Shown: piece by piece, positions 1-11,753 of the stretch
Layout: each line of letters begins with the position of its first letter
How positions within the stretch are numbered: the stretch's first letter is position 1
Source: an uncultured Chloroflexia bacterium
GTDB lineage: Bacteria; Chloroflexota; Limnocylindria; Limnocylindrales; CSP1-4
Length of the DNA stretch: 64,000 nt
Direction of reading: 5' to 3'
NCBI GenBank assembly: GCA_963704145.1
Contig: CAVPHB010000006.1
Coordinates: forward strand, 686,624 to 750,623
Translations under genes and position numbers: made by a program
The notes under the pieces: model-generated
Seen by the model: the letters and a program-made list of their open reading frames with translations, nothing else
What the model was told of the DNA's origin: nothing
The model's database searches: none

Positions 1-892
1 CCGGGTCAGTGTGCAGCACGACCCGATTGGCCGTGTACTCGAAGCCGCCCAGCGCGTGCTGCTCATGCTCGTCGGCATCGGTCAGCAGGCCAAGAGCGTC
101 GTCGGCATGCGTGGCCATGACAACCGCGTCGAAAGCTTCGACTGTTCCGTCCTGCGTTCGGACGGTCGCTCCCGCGCTGTCGCGCGACACGCCCACGACT
201 CGATTTCCGGCGCGGACGGTGCCGTGCGGCAGTGCCTCGACGATGCGCTCCACGTAAACCTTCGAGCCGCCCGTGATCGTCCGCCACTGCAGCGAGCGAC
301 GCAGGCCGATCAGGCCGTGATTGTCGAGGAAGCGGAGCAGGTAGCCGACCGGGAAGTCCAGGATCAGATCGGGGGCGCTAGACCAGACAGCGGACACGAT
401 CGGGATGAGGAAGTGCTCACGGAACGCACGGCTGTAACGACGCTCCTCCAGCCACGCCCCGAGCGTCGCCATCGTCGCCACGGGCTCGTCGAGCGTGGCG
501 CGCGCCTCGCGATAGAAGCGCGCGACGTCGGCGAACATGCGAACGTGAGATGGGCGCAGGAAGAGAGTCGGGTCGCCCAGGAAACCCGCCGCCCCGCGTG
601 AACTGAATGCCAGCCCGCAGGCACGGCACATGGAACCGAGCGACATGTCGCTCGGTTGGGTCGCGACGTCGAGCTCGCGCAGCAGGCCTACGAAGCGCGG
701 ATAGGTCGTCTCGTTGTAGACGATGAAGCCGGTGTCCACGGGCGTCGCGCCACCCGGCCCGTCGACCATCACGGTCGCGACGTGTCCGCCAAGCTCACGC
801 TCCATCTCGTACAGCGCAACCTGGTGTTGGTGGCGCAGGCCGTACGCCGCCGTCAGTCCGCTGACGCCGGCGCCGATGATGGCGACTTTCAC
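1..892 (-). CDS. FAD-dependent oxidoreductase (amine oxidase/NAD(P)-binding family, type usually linked to cfa/DUF1365), 3' end outside window
   Basis: Read manually on the minus strand from GTG 892: [16 protein letters not shown] (GxGxxG) ... GGHVAT ... [14 protein letters not shown]. Start overlaps the stop of the upstream gene (GTGA). Confidence 0.85.
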   Translation of the reverse strand, partial: MKVAIIGAGVSGLTAAYGLRHQHQVALYEMERELGGHVATVMVDGPGGATPVDTGFIVYNETTYPRFVGLLRELDVATQPSDMSLGSMCRACGLAFSSRGAAGFLGDPTLFLRPSHVRMFADVARFYREARATLDEPVATMATLGAWLEERRYSRAFREHFLIPIVSAVWSSAPDLILDFPVGYLLRFLDNHGLIGLRRSLQWRTITGGSKVYVERIVEALPHGTVRAGNRVVGVSRDSAGATVRTQDGTVEAFDAVVMATHADDALGLLTDADEHEQHALGGFEYTANRVVLHTDP

Positions 893-1353
893 GCGCTCCG
901 CTCCGGCGCAGGTTGCTCGGCCAACTCGTCGAGGGTCTTGAGCATGCCGGCGCGAGCATTGCGGGCGATGGCGGCGAAGGCTCGGCCGGTGAACGGCGCC
1001 ACCAGCCGCAGCCAGCCGCGAAGACGAATGTCAGCCATGTAGGTGACGCGCGTTCCGGTGGCGCTCGGATCAAACCTGATGTCGTCAGTTGCCTCGACCC
1101 CGGAGCCCATGCCCTCGAGCACGACCCGGCGACCAGGCTCGAGCGTGGTGATCCGGTACTCCATTGGAGTCACTCGCGAACCCATCCGCACTCCGAGCCG
1201 ATACGCTGACCCGACCCTCGTCGGACCATCGGTCAATCCCTCGGCCCAGGCCACGCCTGGATCCCAGCGCGCGGAGTTAGCGAAGTCGGCGATGAAGGGG
1301 AACGCCCTGTCAGGGGCGAGCGTGGTTTCGAGCGACTCGTGCAGTCGGGCCAT
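889..1353 (-). CDS. SRPBCC / polyketide cyclase-dehydratase family protein
   Basis: [11 protein letters not shown]...[15 protein letters not shown]...; ATG at 1353 preceded by GGAGGAG. Confidence 0.8.
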   Translation of the reverse strand: MARLHESLETTLAPDRAFPFIADFANSARWDPGVAWAEGLTDGPTRVGSAYRLGVRMGSRVTPMEYRITTLEPGRRVVLEGMGSGVEATDDIRFDPSATGTRVTYMADIRLRGWLRLVAPFTGRAFAAIARNARAGMLKTLDELAEQPAPERSA

Positions 1354-1459
1354 GTTGTGCTCCTCCGGGATCCAGGGCCAGCGGCCCGTTGGGCGGCTGT
1401 TGACTGTTTGTGGTATGTTGATGCAGACAGTAGGCGAAAACGGAGAGGATGTCAAGCGT

Positions 1460-2446
1460 TTGTCAAACGTAGCGAGCGACCTGATCGATACCGCGCTGGA
1501 GGTGGCGATCGTGCCCAGCTTCAGTCGGATCGGGCCGGCCATCAGGCGCCGGATGTATCACTGGGAGTCGCCCTCCGTCAGCGCCCTCGTCGGCCGAACC
1601 GCGCTCGTGACCGGTCCAACATCGGGGCTCGGGCGGGAAACCGCGCGGCAACTTGCACGGCTCGGTGCGCGGGTGATTCTGGCCGGCCGGAACGCGGAGC
1701 GACTGGGGGGTTTGCGCGACGAGTTGGTGCTGGCGGCGGGCGAGGATCGTTTCCCGATCGTCGTGGTTGACATGTCGTCGCTTGAAGCTGTTCGTGCGGC
1801 GGTCAAGGCGATCCTTGCCACCGAGCCGCGACTGGACATCCTCGTCGACAACGCCGGCGCGATCTACGCCGAGCGAGGGGAAAGCGCAGATAGAATGGAG
1901 CGCACCCTGGCCGTGCTGGTCGTCGGTCCCTTTGTGCTGGCGTCCGGGCTGTTGCCGCTGCTCAGGGAATCGGCCGACGCCCGGGTCATCGCCGTCACGT
2001 CGGGCGGGATGTACACGCAGGCGGTGCACTTCGACGACCTGCAATGGCGGGTTCGGCCGTTCTCCGGGCCGCGCGCATACGCGCAGGCCAAGCGGATCCA
2101 GACTGCGCTCATGCGCGAGTGGTCGCGGCGCATGGATGGATCGTCGATCTCGTTCAACGCCATGCATCCGGGGTGGGCCGCCACGCCGGGAATGGCTGAA
2201 TCCCTGCCTGGCTTCTATGGTCTCATGGGACCGCTGCTGCGATCAGTCGACGAAGGCGCCGACACCATCATCTGGCTGGTCACCAGCCCAGCGATCAAGC
2301 CACCCGGGGGACGCCTTTATCTGGATCGTCGGCCGCGCCCGTTCGACCGACTGCCCCAGACGCGTCTGAGCAAGGCTGAGCGAGCGGAGATCTGGGCAAC
2401 GATCTCGGCGCTGGCTGGCCTGACCGAGAGCGCCACCAGCCCCTGA
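1460..2446 (+). CDS. Short-chain dehydrogenase/reductase (DHRS12-like)
   Basis: TGPTSGLG, DNAG, SGGMY, YAQAK, MHPGWAATPG motifs. Start approximate (TTG after GGAGAGG). Confidence 0.85.
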   Translation: MSNVASDLIDTALEVAIVPSFSRIGPAIRRRMYHWESPSVSALVGRTALVTGPTSGLGRETARQLARLGARVILAGRNAERLGGLRDELVLAAGEDRFPIVVVDMSSLEAVRAAVKAILATEPRLDILVDNAGAIYAERGESADRMERTLAVLVVGPFVLASGLLPLLRESADARVIAVTSGGMYTQAVHFDDLQWRVRPFSGPRAYAQAKRIQTALMREWSRRMDGSSISFNAMHPGWAATPGMAESLPGFYGLMGPLLRSVDEGADTIIWLVTSPAIKPPGGRLYLDRRPRPFDRLPQTRLSKAERAEIWATISALAGLTESATSP

Positions 2447-2448
2447 CG

Positions 2449-3646
2449 TCAGGCGCGCTTGCGCGGCGGATCGAAGAACGGCAGCGGCACGACCGTCGCC
2501 GCGGCTCGGCCACGGCGGCCTTCGACCGTCCACTCCAGTGTTACGGACGTCCCGACGGCCTCGTAACGCGGTCTCGACCGACGCCAGCGCGATGTGCTGC
2601 TTCAGGATTGGGACTCCACGTGCCGCTCGTCGCCCGGCCGATCTGTCGGCGCCCGCGTAGATCGGGATGCAGCTCGCGCCACGGGTCGCCCGAGACGCCG
2701 ACCGATAGCCCCTGGGCGGCGTAGAGCGGCTCGAGCGACGGCCAGTCGACGGCCAGCCCAACCAGCCGCCGCGCCGGCCCGCCGTGCTCCGCCTCAGCGG
2801 CCAGGGCACGCTTGCCTACGAACTCGGCCGCCTTGTTCAGGTTGACCAGCCGGCCCAGGCCCATCTCGAAGGGCGAGTAGTTCTGGGCCGGGATGAGCGC
2901 GTGCTGGGCCGAGGTGTAGTCGACCTCGGCCAGGATCAGGCCGGCCTCGAGGCGCGTCATGTCGAGCGCCAGCATGCCCGCCGGGCGGATTGCGTACGGC
3001 GCGCCCGACCTCGACCAGCCGATCCCAGAGCGCCACGGCCTGCGCCAGCACTGACCCACAGCTCGTAGCCCAGGTCGCCGGTGTAGCCGGTGCGGCTGAC
3101 GTCGAGCTCGATGCCGGCGATGCGCCCGTGGCGGCGGTGGTGGTAGGCCAGGTCGGTCCACGGTTCGCCTGTTGCCGCTTCGAGCACCGCGCGCGCGAGC
3201 GGCCCCTGGAGGGCGATCGCGGCGATCTGCTCGCTGACGTCCTCGATCTCGACGTCCAGTCCGCGCGCGTTCAGTCCGAACCAGCGCAGGTGCGCCTCGG
3301 CCGTCGTCCAGCGGAACGAATCGTCATCGAGTCGCGCGACCGTGCCGTCGTCGATGACCTTGCCGTGCTCGTCGCACCACGGCGTGTAGATCACCTGGCC
3401 GCGCTTGATCTTGGTCGCGTCGCGGGTGATCACGCGGTCGACCAGGCTGACCGCGTCCGGCCCGCGGACGACGTACTTGTAGAGCGGCGAAACGTCGATC
3501 AGGGCCGCCGAGTTGCGGATCGCGGTGTACTCGTGAATGTGGACGTGGTCGTACGCGCTGGCAGCGAAGTAACCCGACCACTCGCGCCACTGCTGCTTGA
3601 CGTTGAGTGGCGCGGTCCGCTCGTGGAACGGAGTTCCAATACTCAT
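2449..3646 (-). CDS. Aminomethyltransferase (GcvT-like, folate-binding) family protein, frameshifted near 3050 and 2620
   Basis: TPFHER, ALIDVSPLYK, DDGTV, ALQGP, SRTGYTGDLGYE, RLEAG motifs across ORFs 2957-3775, 2541-3161 and 2243-2809. Confidence 0.85.
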
Positions 3647-3829
3647 CTCGCCGATGCTAACGGGGCGAGGCGTCCACGCAAGTCGCGAACGTGCAGGGGC
3701 TATCCTGCCCCACGCTAGCCCGCGTTCCATGCCAACCGCTGCCTTGCGCAGGTCCGCCATCGGCGTGCACGGCATCAGGCGGCCGAATCCGCACGCCGCA
3801 ACGTCATGGGAGCCCTAGATCCGTCAACT

Positions 3830-4005
3830 TTCCACTGTCAGTGAACGAGTCGCGATCCTGAGCTGCCTCGCGGGCCTAGATTGGGTCACATACGGAACCA
3901 GATGGGCGGATGTGATGCTCGAGCGAGCGTCAGGACCGACCGTCAACGTCGCAGGCTGGGCACGACAAGCAACAAAACCGGCTTCGGCGTTCACTGACAG
4001 TGGAA
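3830..4005. repeat. 176-bp element bounded by perfect 18-bp inverted repeats (MITE/REP-like)
   Basis: TTCCACTGTCAGTGAACG (3830-3847) and CGTTCACTGACAGTGGAA (3988-4005). Confidence 0.75.
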
Positions 4006-4078
4006 TCACGTCAGTCGGCGTCGGCCGGACCCGTAAGCGAGGCGCGCTTGAGGTGCGCGGGCCGATACAGTTACGCAC

Positions 4079-5683
4079 GTGGCGGAGGGACGAGGGACTC
4101 GAGGGTACGACGCGGTCATCATCGGCGGCGGCCACAACGGGCTGATCAGCGCCGCCTATCTCGCCCGCGCTGGCCTGCGCACGCTGGTCCTAGAACGGCG
4201 CCACGTGCTGGGCGGAGCGGCGGTGACCGAGGAGATCGTGCCCGGCTTCCGCTTCAGCGTCGCCTCGTACGTGGTCAGCCTGCTGCGGCCGGAGATCGTG
4301 CGCGAGCTGGACCTGCCCCGCCATGGGCTGCATATCCTGCCGCTCGACGGGACATTCACGCCGCTCGCCGACGGCTACCTGTGGCGCACCGACGACCACG
4401 CCGCGACTGTGCGCGAGCTGCGCCGCTGGTCGCTCTCCGACGCCGAGGCGTACGAGGAGTACGCGTTGCTGATGGTCGAGATGGCGCGCTTCATCAAGCC
4501 CATCCTGTCGATGGTGCCGCTCGATCCGACGCGGCCCTACCCGCGCGAGGCTTTGCCGCTGGCCGGCCTGGCGCGTGCCTTCGGCCGCCTGCCGCGCGTC
4601 CAGCAGCAGACGTTCATCCGGCTGATGACCATGAGCGCCGCCGACTTCCTCGACCGCTGGTTCGAGACCGACCCGCTCAAGGCGACGATGTCCGCCTCGG
4701 GCATCATCGGTACGTTCCTGGGCGTCCGCTCGCCGGGCACCGCCTATGTGCTGCTGCACCATTACATCGGCGAGGTCGACGGCGCTTTCAGAGCGTGGGG
4801 CATCCCCAAAGGCGGCACTGGCGGGGTGAGTGCGGCGATCGCCGCCGCTGCGCGCGAGAAGGGCGCCGAGATCCGCGTCGAGGCGCCCGTCGCGCGCATC
4901 ACCACGCGCAACGGCCGGACCACCGGCGTGCTGCTCGAGAGCGGCGAGGAGATCTCGGCGCGCATCGTGCTCTCGAGCCTGGACGCCAACCAGACGTTCC
5001 TGCGCCTGATCGAGCCGGGCACTCTCGAGCCCGATTTCGAGGCCGGCGTCCGGCGCTACCGCTACCGCGGGTCGTCGGGCAAGGTCAACCTCGCCCTTGA
5101 TGGGCTGCCCGACTTCTCGTGCCTGCCCGGACCGGGCGCGCACCTGCGCGGCGCGATCAGCTACTCGCCGTCGGTCGACTACATGGAGCAGGCCTACATC
5201 GACGCGCGCGAGGGCCGCTTCAGCCGCCGGCCGTACATCGACACGATCATCCCGACGCTGGTCGACCCGACCATGGCGCCGCCGGGCAAGCACGTCATGA
5301 GCTGCTTCGTCCAGTACGCGCCGTACGATCTTGACCCGGCCCTGGGCGGCTGGGACGCCCAGCGCGAAGCGTTCGGCGACACCGTCATCGACACGATCGC
5401 CGAGCGCGCGCCCAACATCCGCAAGCTGATCGTGGGCCGCCAGGTACTCACCCCGCTCGACATGGAGCGCACGCTCGGCCTGACCGAGGGCAACATCTTC
5501 CAGGGCGAGCTCTCGCTGTCGCAGCTCTTCTTCAACCGTCCCATCCCCGGCCACGCCCGCTACCGCACGCCCATCGCCGGACTCTGGCAGTGCGGCTCCT
5601 CGACCCATCCGGGCGGCGGGATCATGGGCGCCAATGGCCGCATCGCGGCGCTGCAGGTGCTGCGCTCGGAGCGACGCGCGTGA
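4079..5683 (+). CDS. NAD(P)/FAD-dependent oxidoreductase, phytoene dehydrogenase/PYROXD2-like
   Basis: IIGGGHNGL, PKGGTGG, TPLDME, GNIFQG, GSSTHPGGG motifs; uninterrupted 534 aa. Confidence 0.9.
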   Translation: MAEGRGTRGYDAVIIGGGHNGLISAAYLARAGLRTLVLERRHVLGGAAVTEEIVPGFRFSVASYVVSLLRPEIVRELDLPRHGLHILPLDGTFTPLADGYLWRTDDHAATVRELRRWSLSDAEAYEEYALLMVEMARFIKPILSMVPLDPTRPYPREALPLAGLARAFGRLPRVQQQTFIRLMTMSAADFLDRWFETDPLKATMSASGIIGTFLGVRSPGTAYVLLHHYIGEVDGAFRAWGIPKGGTGGVSAAIAAAAREKGAEIRVEAPVARITTRNGRTTGVLLESGEEISARIVLSSLDANQTFLRLIEPGTLEPDFEAGVRRYRYRGSSGKVNLALDGLPDFSCLPGPGAHLRGAISYSPSVDYMEQAYIDAREGRFSRRPYIDTIIPTLVDPTMAPPGKHVMSCFVQYAPYDLDPALGGWDAQREAFGDTVIDTIAERAPNIRKLIVGRQVLTPLDMERTLGLTEGNIFQGELSLSQLFFNRPIPGHARYRTPIAGLWQCGSSTHPGGGIMGANGRIAALQVLRSERRA

Positions 5684-7308
5684 CCACGCCGGGTCAGGCG
5701 CGCGCTGGCCGACCGTGGGATGTCATCGTCATCGGCGGCGGCCACAACGGCCTCGTCTGCGCGGCCTACCTCGCCCGCGCGGGTAGGCGTGTCCTCGTCC
5801 TGGAGCGTCGGGCCGAAGTCGGTGGCGTGGCCCACACGGTCGAGGTGATGCCCGGCGTGCGCGCGCCCGCGGCGGTCAATTCGATCGGTCGCCTGTCGGC
5901 GCGCGTGGTGCGCGACCTGCGCCTAGAGAGCATGGCCTGCGCCTCCTGAGCCCCGACGTGCGGCTGACGGCGCTCTCCCCGGACGGAGGCTCGCTGACGC
6001 TGTGGGCCGACGCCGGGCGGACGGCCGACGAGCTGCGCCGCTTCTCGGCCGCCGACGCCGAGGCATACCCGAAGTTCGACGCCGACACGCGCGCGTTTGG
6101 GGCCATGCTGGCACGTATCAACAGCTTGGCGCCACCGGACGTTGCGCGTCTGCGGCTCTCCGACCTGTTCTCGTCGGCCGGGCTGTGGTGGGGCTATCGC
6201 GGCCTGGGCAGGCGGCGCGCCGGCGAGCTGATGCGCGTGCTGCCGCTGGCGGTCGGTGACCACGTCACCGACCACTTCCAGACCGAGCTCCTGCAGGCCG
6301 CGCTGGCCTGGCGCGGGGTGCGCTATTCGTCTCTCGCGCCGACCGATGCCGGGTCGACGCAGACCTTCCTGTCCGATGCCGCCGGTACAGCCGACGGCGC
6401 CGCGGGCGAGTTCGCCGTCGCGATCGGCGGACCGGGTGCGCTGGCCGCCGCGCTTGCCGCTGGGGCTTCATCGAGCGGCGTCGAGATCCGGACCGGCGCC
6501 GAAGTGGCCCGGATCATCGTTCGTGATGGGCGGGTGGGCGGCGTCGTGCTGGCCGGCGGCGAGGAGATCGAAGCGCCGGTCGTCGTCTCGGGCGCCGACC
6601 CCAAGCGCACGCTGCTCGGGCTGATCGACCCGGCACAGCTCGGTCCGACCATCGGCTGGGAAGCCGGCAACCTGCGCCTGGGCGGCTCGGTCGCCGCCGT
6701 TCAGCTCGCTCTGGCAGGCATGCCCGTCTTCAGCGGCGTCCCAGCTGACGAAGCAGGCCAGCGCCTGGCGGGCCGCATCCTGATCGCTCCCACACTGCGC
6801 GCGCTGGACCGGGCCTCGGACGCCGTGAAGGGCCGGCGCATCGCTGACGAACTGGTGCTCGAGGCGACGATCCCGACGCTGCTCGATCCGGGTCTCGTGA
6901 CCGATGGTGCGCCAGCCGCCCAGATCATGAACGTGCTGGTCCAGGGCACGGCCTACCACCTCCGCGCGGGCAGCTGGGAGAGCCAGCGGGAAACACTTGG
7001 CGATCAAGTCATCGCCCAGCTCGATGGGGTCGCCCCGGCCTCGCGGCGCTGGTCGTCGGCCGCCGGATCCTCACGCCGCTCGATCTCGAGCGCGACTACG
7101 GCCTGACCGAAGGCCATCCGCTGCACGGCGAGCCGTCGCTCGATCAATGGTTCGCCTGGCGGCCCCTGCTCGGCTCGGCGCGCTACCGGATGCCCATCGA
7201 CGGGCTGTACCTGTGCGGCTCAGGCGTCCACCCCGGCGGCGGCGTGACCGGCGCACCCGGCCGCCTGGCTGCCCGCGAAGTGCTGGCTGGGACCCGGCCG
7301 CGCCGTAA
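5680..7308 (+). CDS. Second phytoene dehydrogenase/PYROXD2-like flavoprotein, frameshifted near 5935 and 7045
   Basis: IGGGHNGLVCAAYLA; C-terminal TPLDLE...GSGVHPGGG; GTGA coupling to the first copy. Confidence 0.85.
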
Positions 7309-7317
7309 GGTACGCGG

Positions 7318-10300
7318 ATGACCTGCGCCAACTGCGGCACCGAGAACGCGCCCGGCGCCAAGTTCTGCAACGACTGCGGGGCAGCACTCAGAGCCGGCTG
7401 CCCAAGTTGCGGAGCGACCAACAAGGCGGGCGCCAAGTTCTGCAACGAATGCGGCACCGTGCTCGCGGCGACGCAGGCTCCCGCAACGGCCCCGTTGAGC
7501 GCGAGCCCGGTTGCCGAGCGGCGCGTGGTGACGGTTCTCTTCGCGGACCTGGTCGGCTTCACGCCCTTTGCCGAGGAGCGCGACGCAGAAGATGTGCGCG
7601 ACACCCTGTCGCGCTATTTCGACCTCTGCGCCGAGGTGGTCACGCGCTACGGCGGCACGGTCGAGAAGTTCATCGGCGACGCGGTCATGGCCGTGTGGGG
7701 CGCGCCGGTCGCCCATGAGGACGATGCGGAGCGCGCGGTCCGCGCCGCGCTCGACCTGCTCGATGCGGTCGGCACGCTGGGGCCCAACATCCAGGCCCGG
7801 GTGGGCGTGCTGACCGGCGAGGCGGCCGTGACCATCGGCGCCACCAACCAGGGCATGGTTGCCGGCGACCTGGTCAACACCGCCGCCCGGCTGCAGTCGG
7901 TGCGCACCACCGGGCACGGTGCTCGTCGGGGAGGCGACCTTTCGCGCTGCGTCCGGCTCGATCGCCTTCGAGGAGGCCGGCGAGCAGACGCTGAAGGGCA
8001 AGCACAGCCCGGTGCCGGCGTGGCGTGCGCTGCGCGTCGTGGCCGAGCGCGGTGGGCGCAATCGGAGCGAGGGTCTCGAAGCACCGTTTGTCGGCCGCAA
8101 CGACGAACTGCGCCTGCTCAAGGACCTGTTCCACGCCACAGGTCGCGAGCGCCGGGCACGGCTGGTGTCGGTCATGGGCCCGGCGGGCATCGGCAAGTCG
8201 CGTCTCGCCTGGGAGTTCCTGAAGTACGTCGACGGGCTGGTCGAGACCACCTACTGGCACAGCGGCCGGTCGCCCGCCTATGGCGAGGGCGTCACCTTCT
8301 GGGCCCTGGGCGAGATGATCCGTGGCCGCTGTGGTCTGCTCGAGAACGACGACGAGCCAACCACCCGGCGCAAGCTGTCCGAGGCGATCGCACAGTGGGT
8401 TCCGGACGAGGGCGAGCGGGCATGGATCGAGCCGGCCCTGCTGACCCTGCTCGGGATCGAGTCGGGCATGGGCGCCGAGCAGCTGTTCGGCGCCTGGCGC
8501 ACGTTCTTCGAGCGCATCGCCAGCGCCGGCACGGTCACCCTCGTCTTCGAGGACATGCATTTTGCGGACGCCGGCCTGCTCGACTTCGTCGACCACATTC
8601 TCGAGTGGAGCCGCGGCCAGCCGATCTACATCGTCTCGCTGTCGCGACCCGAATCTGCTCGAGCGGCGGCCCGACTGGGGTGCCGGCAAGCGCAGCTTCA
8701 CCTCGCTCTACCTGGAGCCACTGCCCGAGTCGGACATGCGCGAACTGCTGGCCGGCCTGGTGCCCGGACTGCCCGACGGCGCCGTGACGCGCATCGTTGA
8801 ACGCGCCGACGGCATCCCGCTGTACGCCGTCGAGACGGTGCGCATGTTGCTCGCCGAGGGCCGCCTGAGGGAGGAGGGTGGCATCTACGTGCCCGTCGGG
8901 GACCTAGCCACCATGGCCGTGCCGGAGACGTTAACCGCGCTGATCGCGTCGCGACTCGACGCTCTGGAGGCCCCCGATCGGGCGCTGCTCCACGCCGCGG
9001 CTGTGCTCGGTCAGTCGTTCTCGGTTGGTGCGCTGGCGGTCGTGACGGGGAATGCCAGCGATGGTGCTCGAGGCGCAGCTCAAGGGCCTCGCCCGGCGTG
9101 AGCTGCTGACGCGCGACGTCGACCCGCGCTCGGCCGAATTCGGCCAATGGGTGTTCGTCCAGGCGCTGATCCGCGAGGTTGCCTACAACACGCTGTCGCG
9201 CAAGGATCGCAAGGCGCGCCACCTCGGCCGCAGCGCGTTACTTCGAGCAGCTCGGCTGCGACGAGCTGGCCAGCCTGCGCGCCGGCCACTACCTTGCCGC
9301 CCACGCCAATGCTGCCGAAGGACCGGAGGCAGATGCGCTCGCCGCACAGGCCCGCGTCGCGCTGCGCGCCGCAGCCGAGCGCGCCATCGCTCTTGGTGCC
9401 TACGAACAGGCGACCACGTTCCTTGAGCAGGCGGTGACGGTCACGAGCGACCCCGACAGAGCAGGCCGAGTTGCTGGAGAAGGCCGGCCGCGCCGACGTC
9501 ATCCTGCCCCGCCACGAGCAAGGCGGCTGGGCTATTTCGTCGTTCGCTCGACGGTACGTCGGGGCCGGTGACCGCGTCGGGGTGGCCCGGGCAACCGCTG
9601 GCATCGGGTGGGACCTGCTGACCGACCGTCACGAACCAGGCCGCGCTGAACCTGTTGGAGGAGGCCGCGCAGGAGTATGCCGACTTGTGGCCGGACCCGG
9701 CGGCGATCGAACTGAAGCTCAACCTGCTGCGCGCCCTGAACCAGGCGGACCAGCCAGAGCGCGCGCTCGAAGTTGCCGACGCCGTGCTCGAGGTGGCGGA
9801 GCACGGCGACCTGATCCCATTCGTGGCGCGTGGACTCGTCGGCAGGGGCGCAGCACTGGGTTCCCTTGGGCGACTGCGTGAGGGGATCGCCCTGATCCGG
9901 GCCGGTGCCGACATTGCCCGCGACAACGAGTTCATCACGGAACTTCGGCATCGCCCTGAACGTCGAGGGCTTCCACCTGGGTGAGATTGACAACGCCCAG
10001 GCGCTGGAGTGCTACCGCGAGGGACGGCCTTAGCGCTGGCCCGCGAGTGGGTCATCTCGCGCTTGCTGCGCCGTTCGTCGAACAACCTTGGCTATACCGG
10101 CCTTCTTGGTCGGCGACTGGGATGTCGGCACTGGCCGAGTTGGACGCCGTCCTGGCGCAGAGCGTCTGGACGCCATCCGGACGCAGGTATGGCTGACGAG
10201 CAACGCCGATGATCATCCGCGCGTCGCGCGGCGAACCGAGCCGAGGATGGCGGTCCTGAGCTGGATCGCTTGGTCGCGACGCTCGGTGACCCGAAACTGG

Positions 10301-10800
10301 TCTGCCCACCTCGACTTCAAGGCCAATGCCGCCCAGGCCGCGGGTAAGACGGCGAGGACGCCCAGCGACACTGGCTTCGGCGGCTGCACATGGTCGGGCG
10401 CAGGAGCCGGCGGCGTACTACCAGGCCGCCCGGCCGGCACTCTGGGCGGGGACCTGGCCGGTCAGCGAGGACATGGCAGGGCTCGACGCGACCGGCGTTC
10501 ACGGGCGGGTTGTCGAGGCGCGACGACGCGACGCTCGCGCGGCTCATCGCTGCGCTCGACGGTCGGATCCGCGAGGCGCTGCGCTCTACAGGGAGGCACT
10601 TGTCGAGTGGCGCGACCTCAAGGTCGTGTGGGAGGAGGCACTCACGGGGCTGGACATGGCCACCGTCCTCGACCAGTCTGACCCGGTCGTGCAGGCCGCG
10701 ATCCGCTCAACGCGCGAGATATTCAGCCGACTGGGCGCGCAGCCTTACCTCGCGCGGCTCGAGGCCGTCGTTGTCGCGCGCCGGGCATCCAGGTCCCACG
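7318..10800 (+). CDS. Double zinc ribbon + class III adenylate/guanylate cyclase + AAA (STAND) ATPase + TPR protein, multiple frameshifts, end approximate
   Basis: CANCG..FCNDCG..CPSCG..FCNECG; FADLVGFT, EKFIGDAVMA, GDLVNTAARLQ; Walker A GPAGIGKS; FEDMHFAD; GIPLYA; helical C-terminus. Confidence 0.85.
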
Positions 10801-11753
10801 ACCACGAGCGGAGCCGGCTCAGCAGCCGCCGCGCCGTCAGATCGAGTTGGATCGGCGTGATCGCGACGCGCTTGTTGACCGACCGCGTCAAAGTCCGTAC
10901 CGGGCTCGGCCAGACCGGTCGGCGGCGGGCCGCCCATCCAGTAGTAGGGCGTGCCGCGCGGGTCGATCCGCGCGATCGAGCTCGTCCTGGTAGACGCGCT
11001 TGCCAAGGCGCGTCACCTCGACCCCCTGGCACTCCGTGACCGTGATGCCGGGCACGTTGATGTTGATCAGCTCGCCCGGAGCGAGGCCGTTCTCGAGGAT
11101 GTTGACTGCGGCGACGGCGCGCGATCAGTGCCGGCGAGCGTGAAGTCGGGATGCTCGTAGTACTCCTGCGAGATGGCGAAGGCAGGCACGGCCGAGAGCA
11201 CCGCCTCCATCGCGCCGCTGACCGTGCCCGAGTAGGTGATGTCGTCGCCCAGGTTGGCGCCGTAGTTGATGCCCGGCCGCGACCAGGTCGAAGCCGATCG
11301 TCGAAGTAGCCCAGCAGGGCGAGGCTGACCGCGTCGGTCGGCGAGCCGTCGACCGAGTAGCCGCGCGTCCCGTCGGCCAGGGTCCGCTCGCGCACGCGTA
11401 ATGGGCGCATGAAGGTCTTGGTGTGGCCGACCGCCGACTGGTTGGTGTCGGGCGCCAGCACGTAGACGTCACCCAGCGGCTCGAGCGCCTGCTTGAGCGT
11501 GAGCAGTCCGCGTGATTCGATGCCGTCGTCGTTGGTCACCAGGATGCGCGGCCGCGTCTGCCACTCGGCCAGCGGCCGGGCCATGTGTGGCTGGGCGCGC
11601 GGCGGGGCCAGGTGCCGGTCGCGGACCGGGACCGGCTCACCGCGCCAGATCGACATCGCGTCGCTCGACGCGCGTCGGCGTCGCGGGCGACTTCCCTGCT
11701 CCGTTGCCCAGGTCTTCCGCTCGGGTCGGGTCGTTCGCGCTCTGATCGCTCAC
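10745..11753 (-). CDS. surE: 5'/3'-nucleotidase SurE, frameshifted; start either 11753 (GTG, with N-terminal extension) or 11584
   Basis: [38 protein letters not shown]...[23 protein letters not shown]. Confidence 0.9.

Noticed and set aside
3650-4078. Glycine riboswitch upstream of the gcvT-like gene
   Set aside because: No GGAGA/CCGAAG/CUCUCAGG aptamer motifs were seen.
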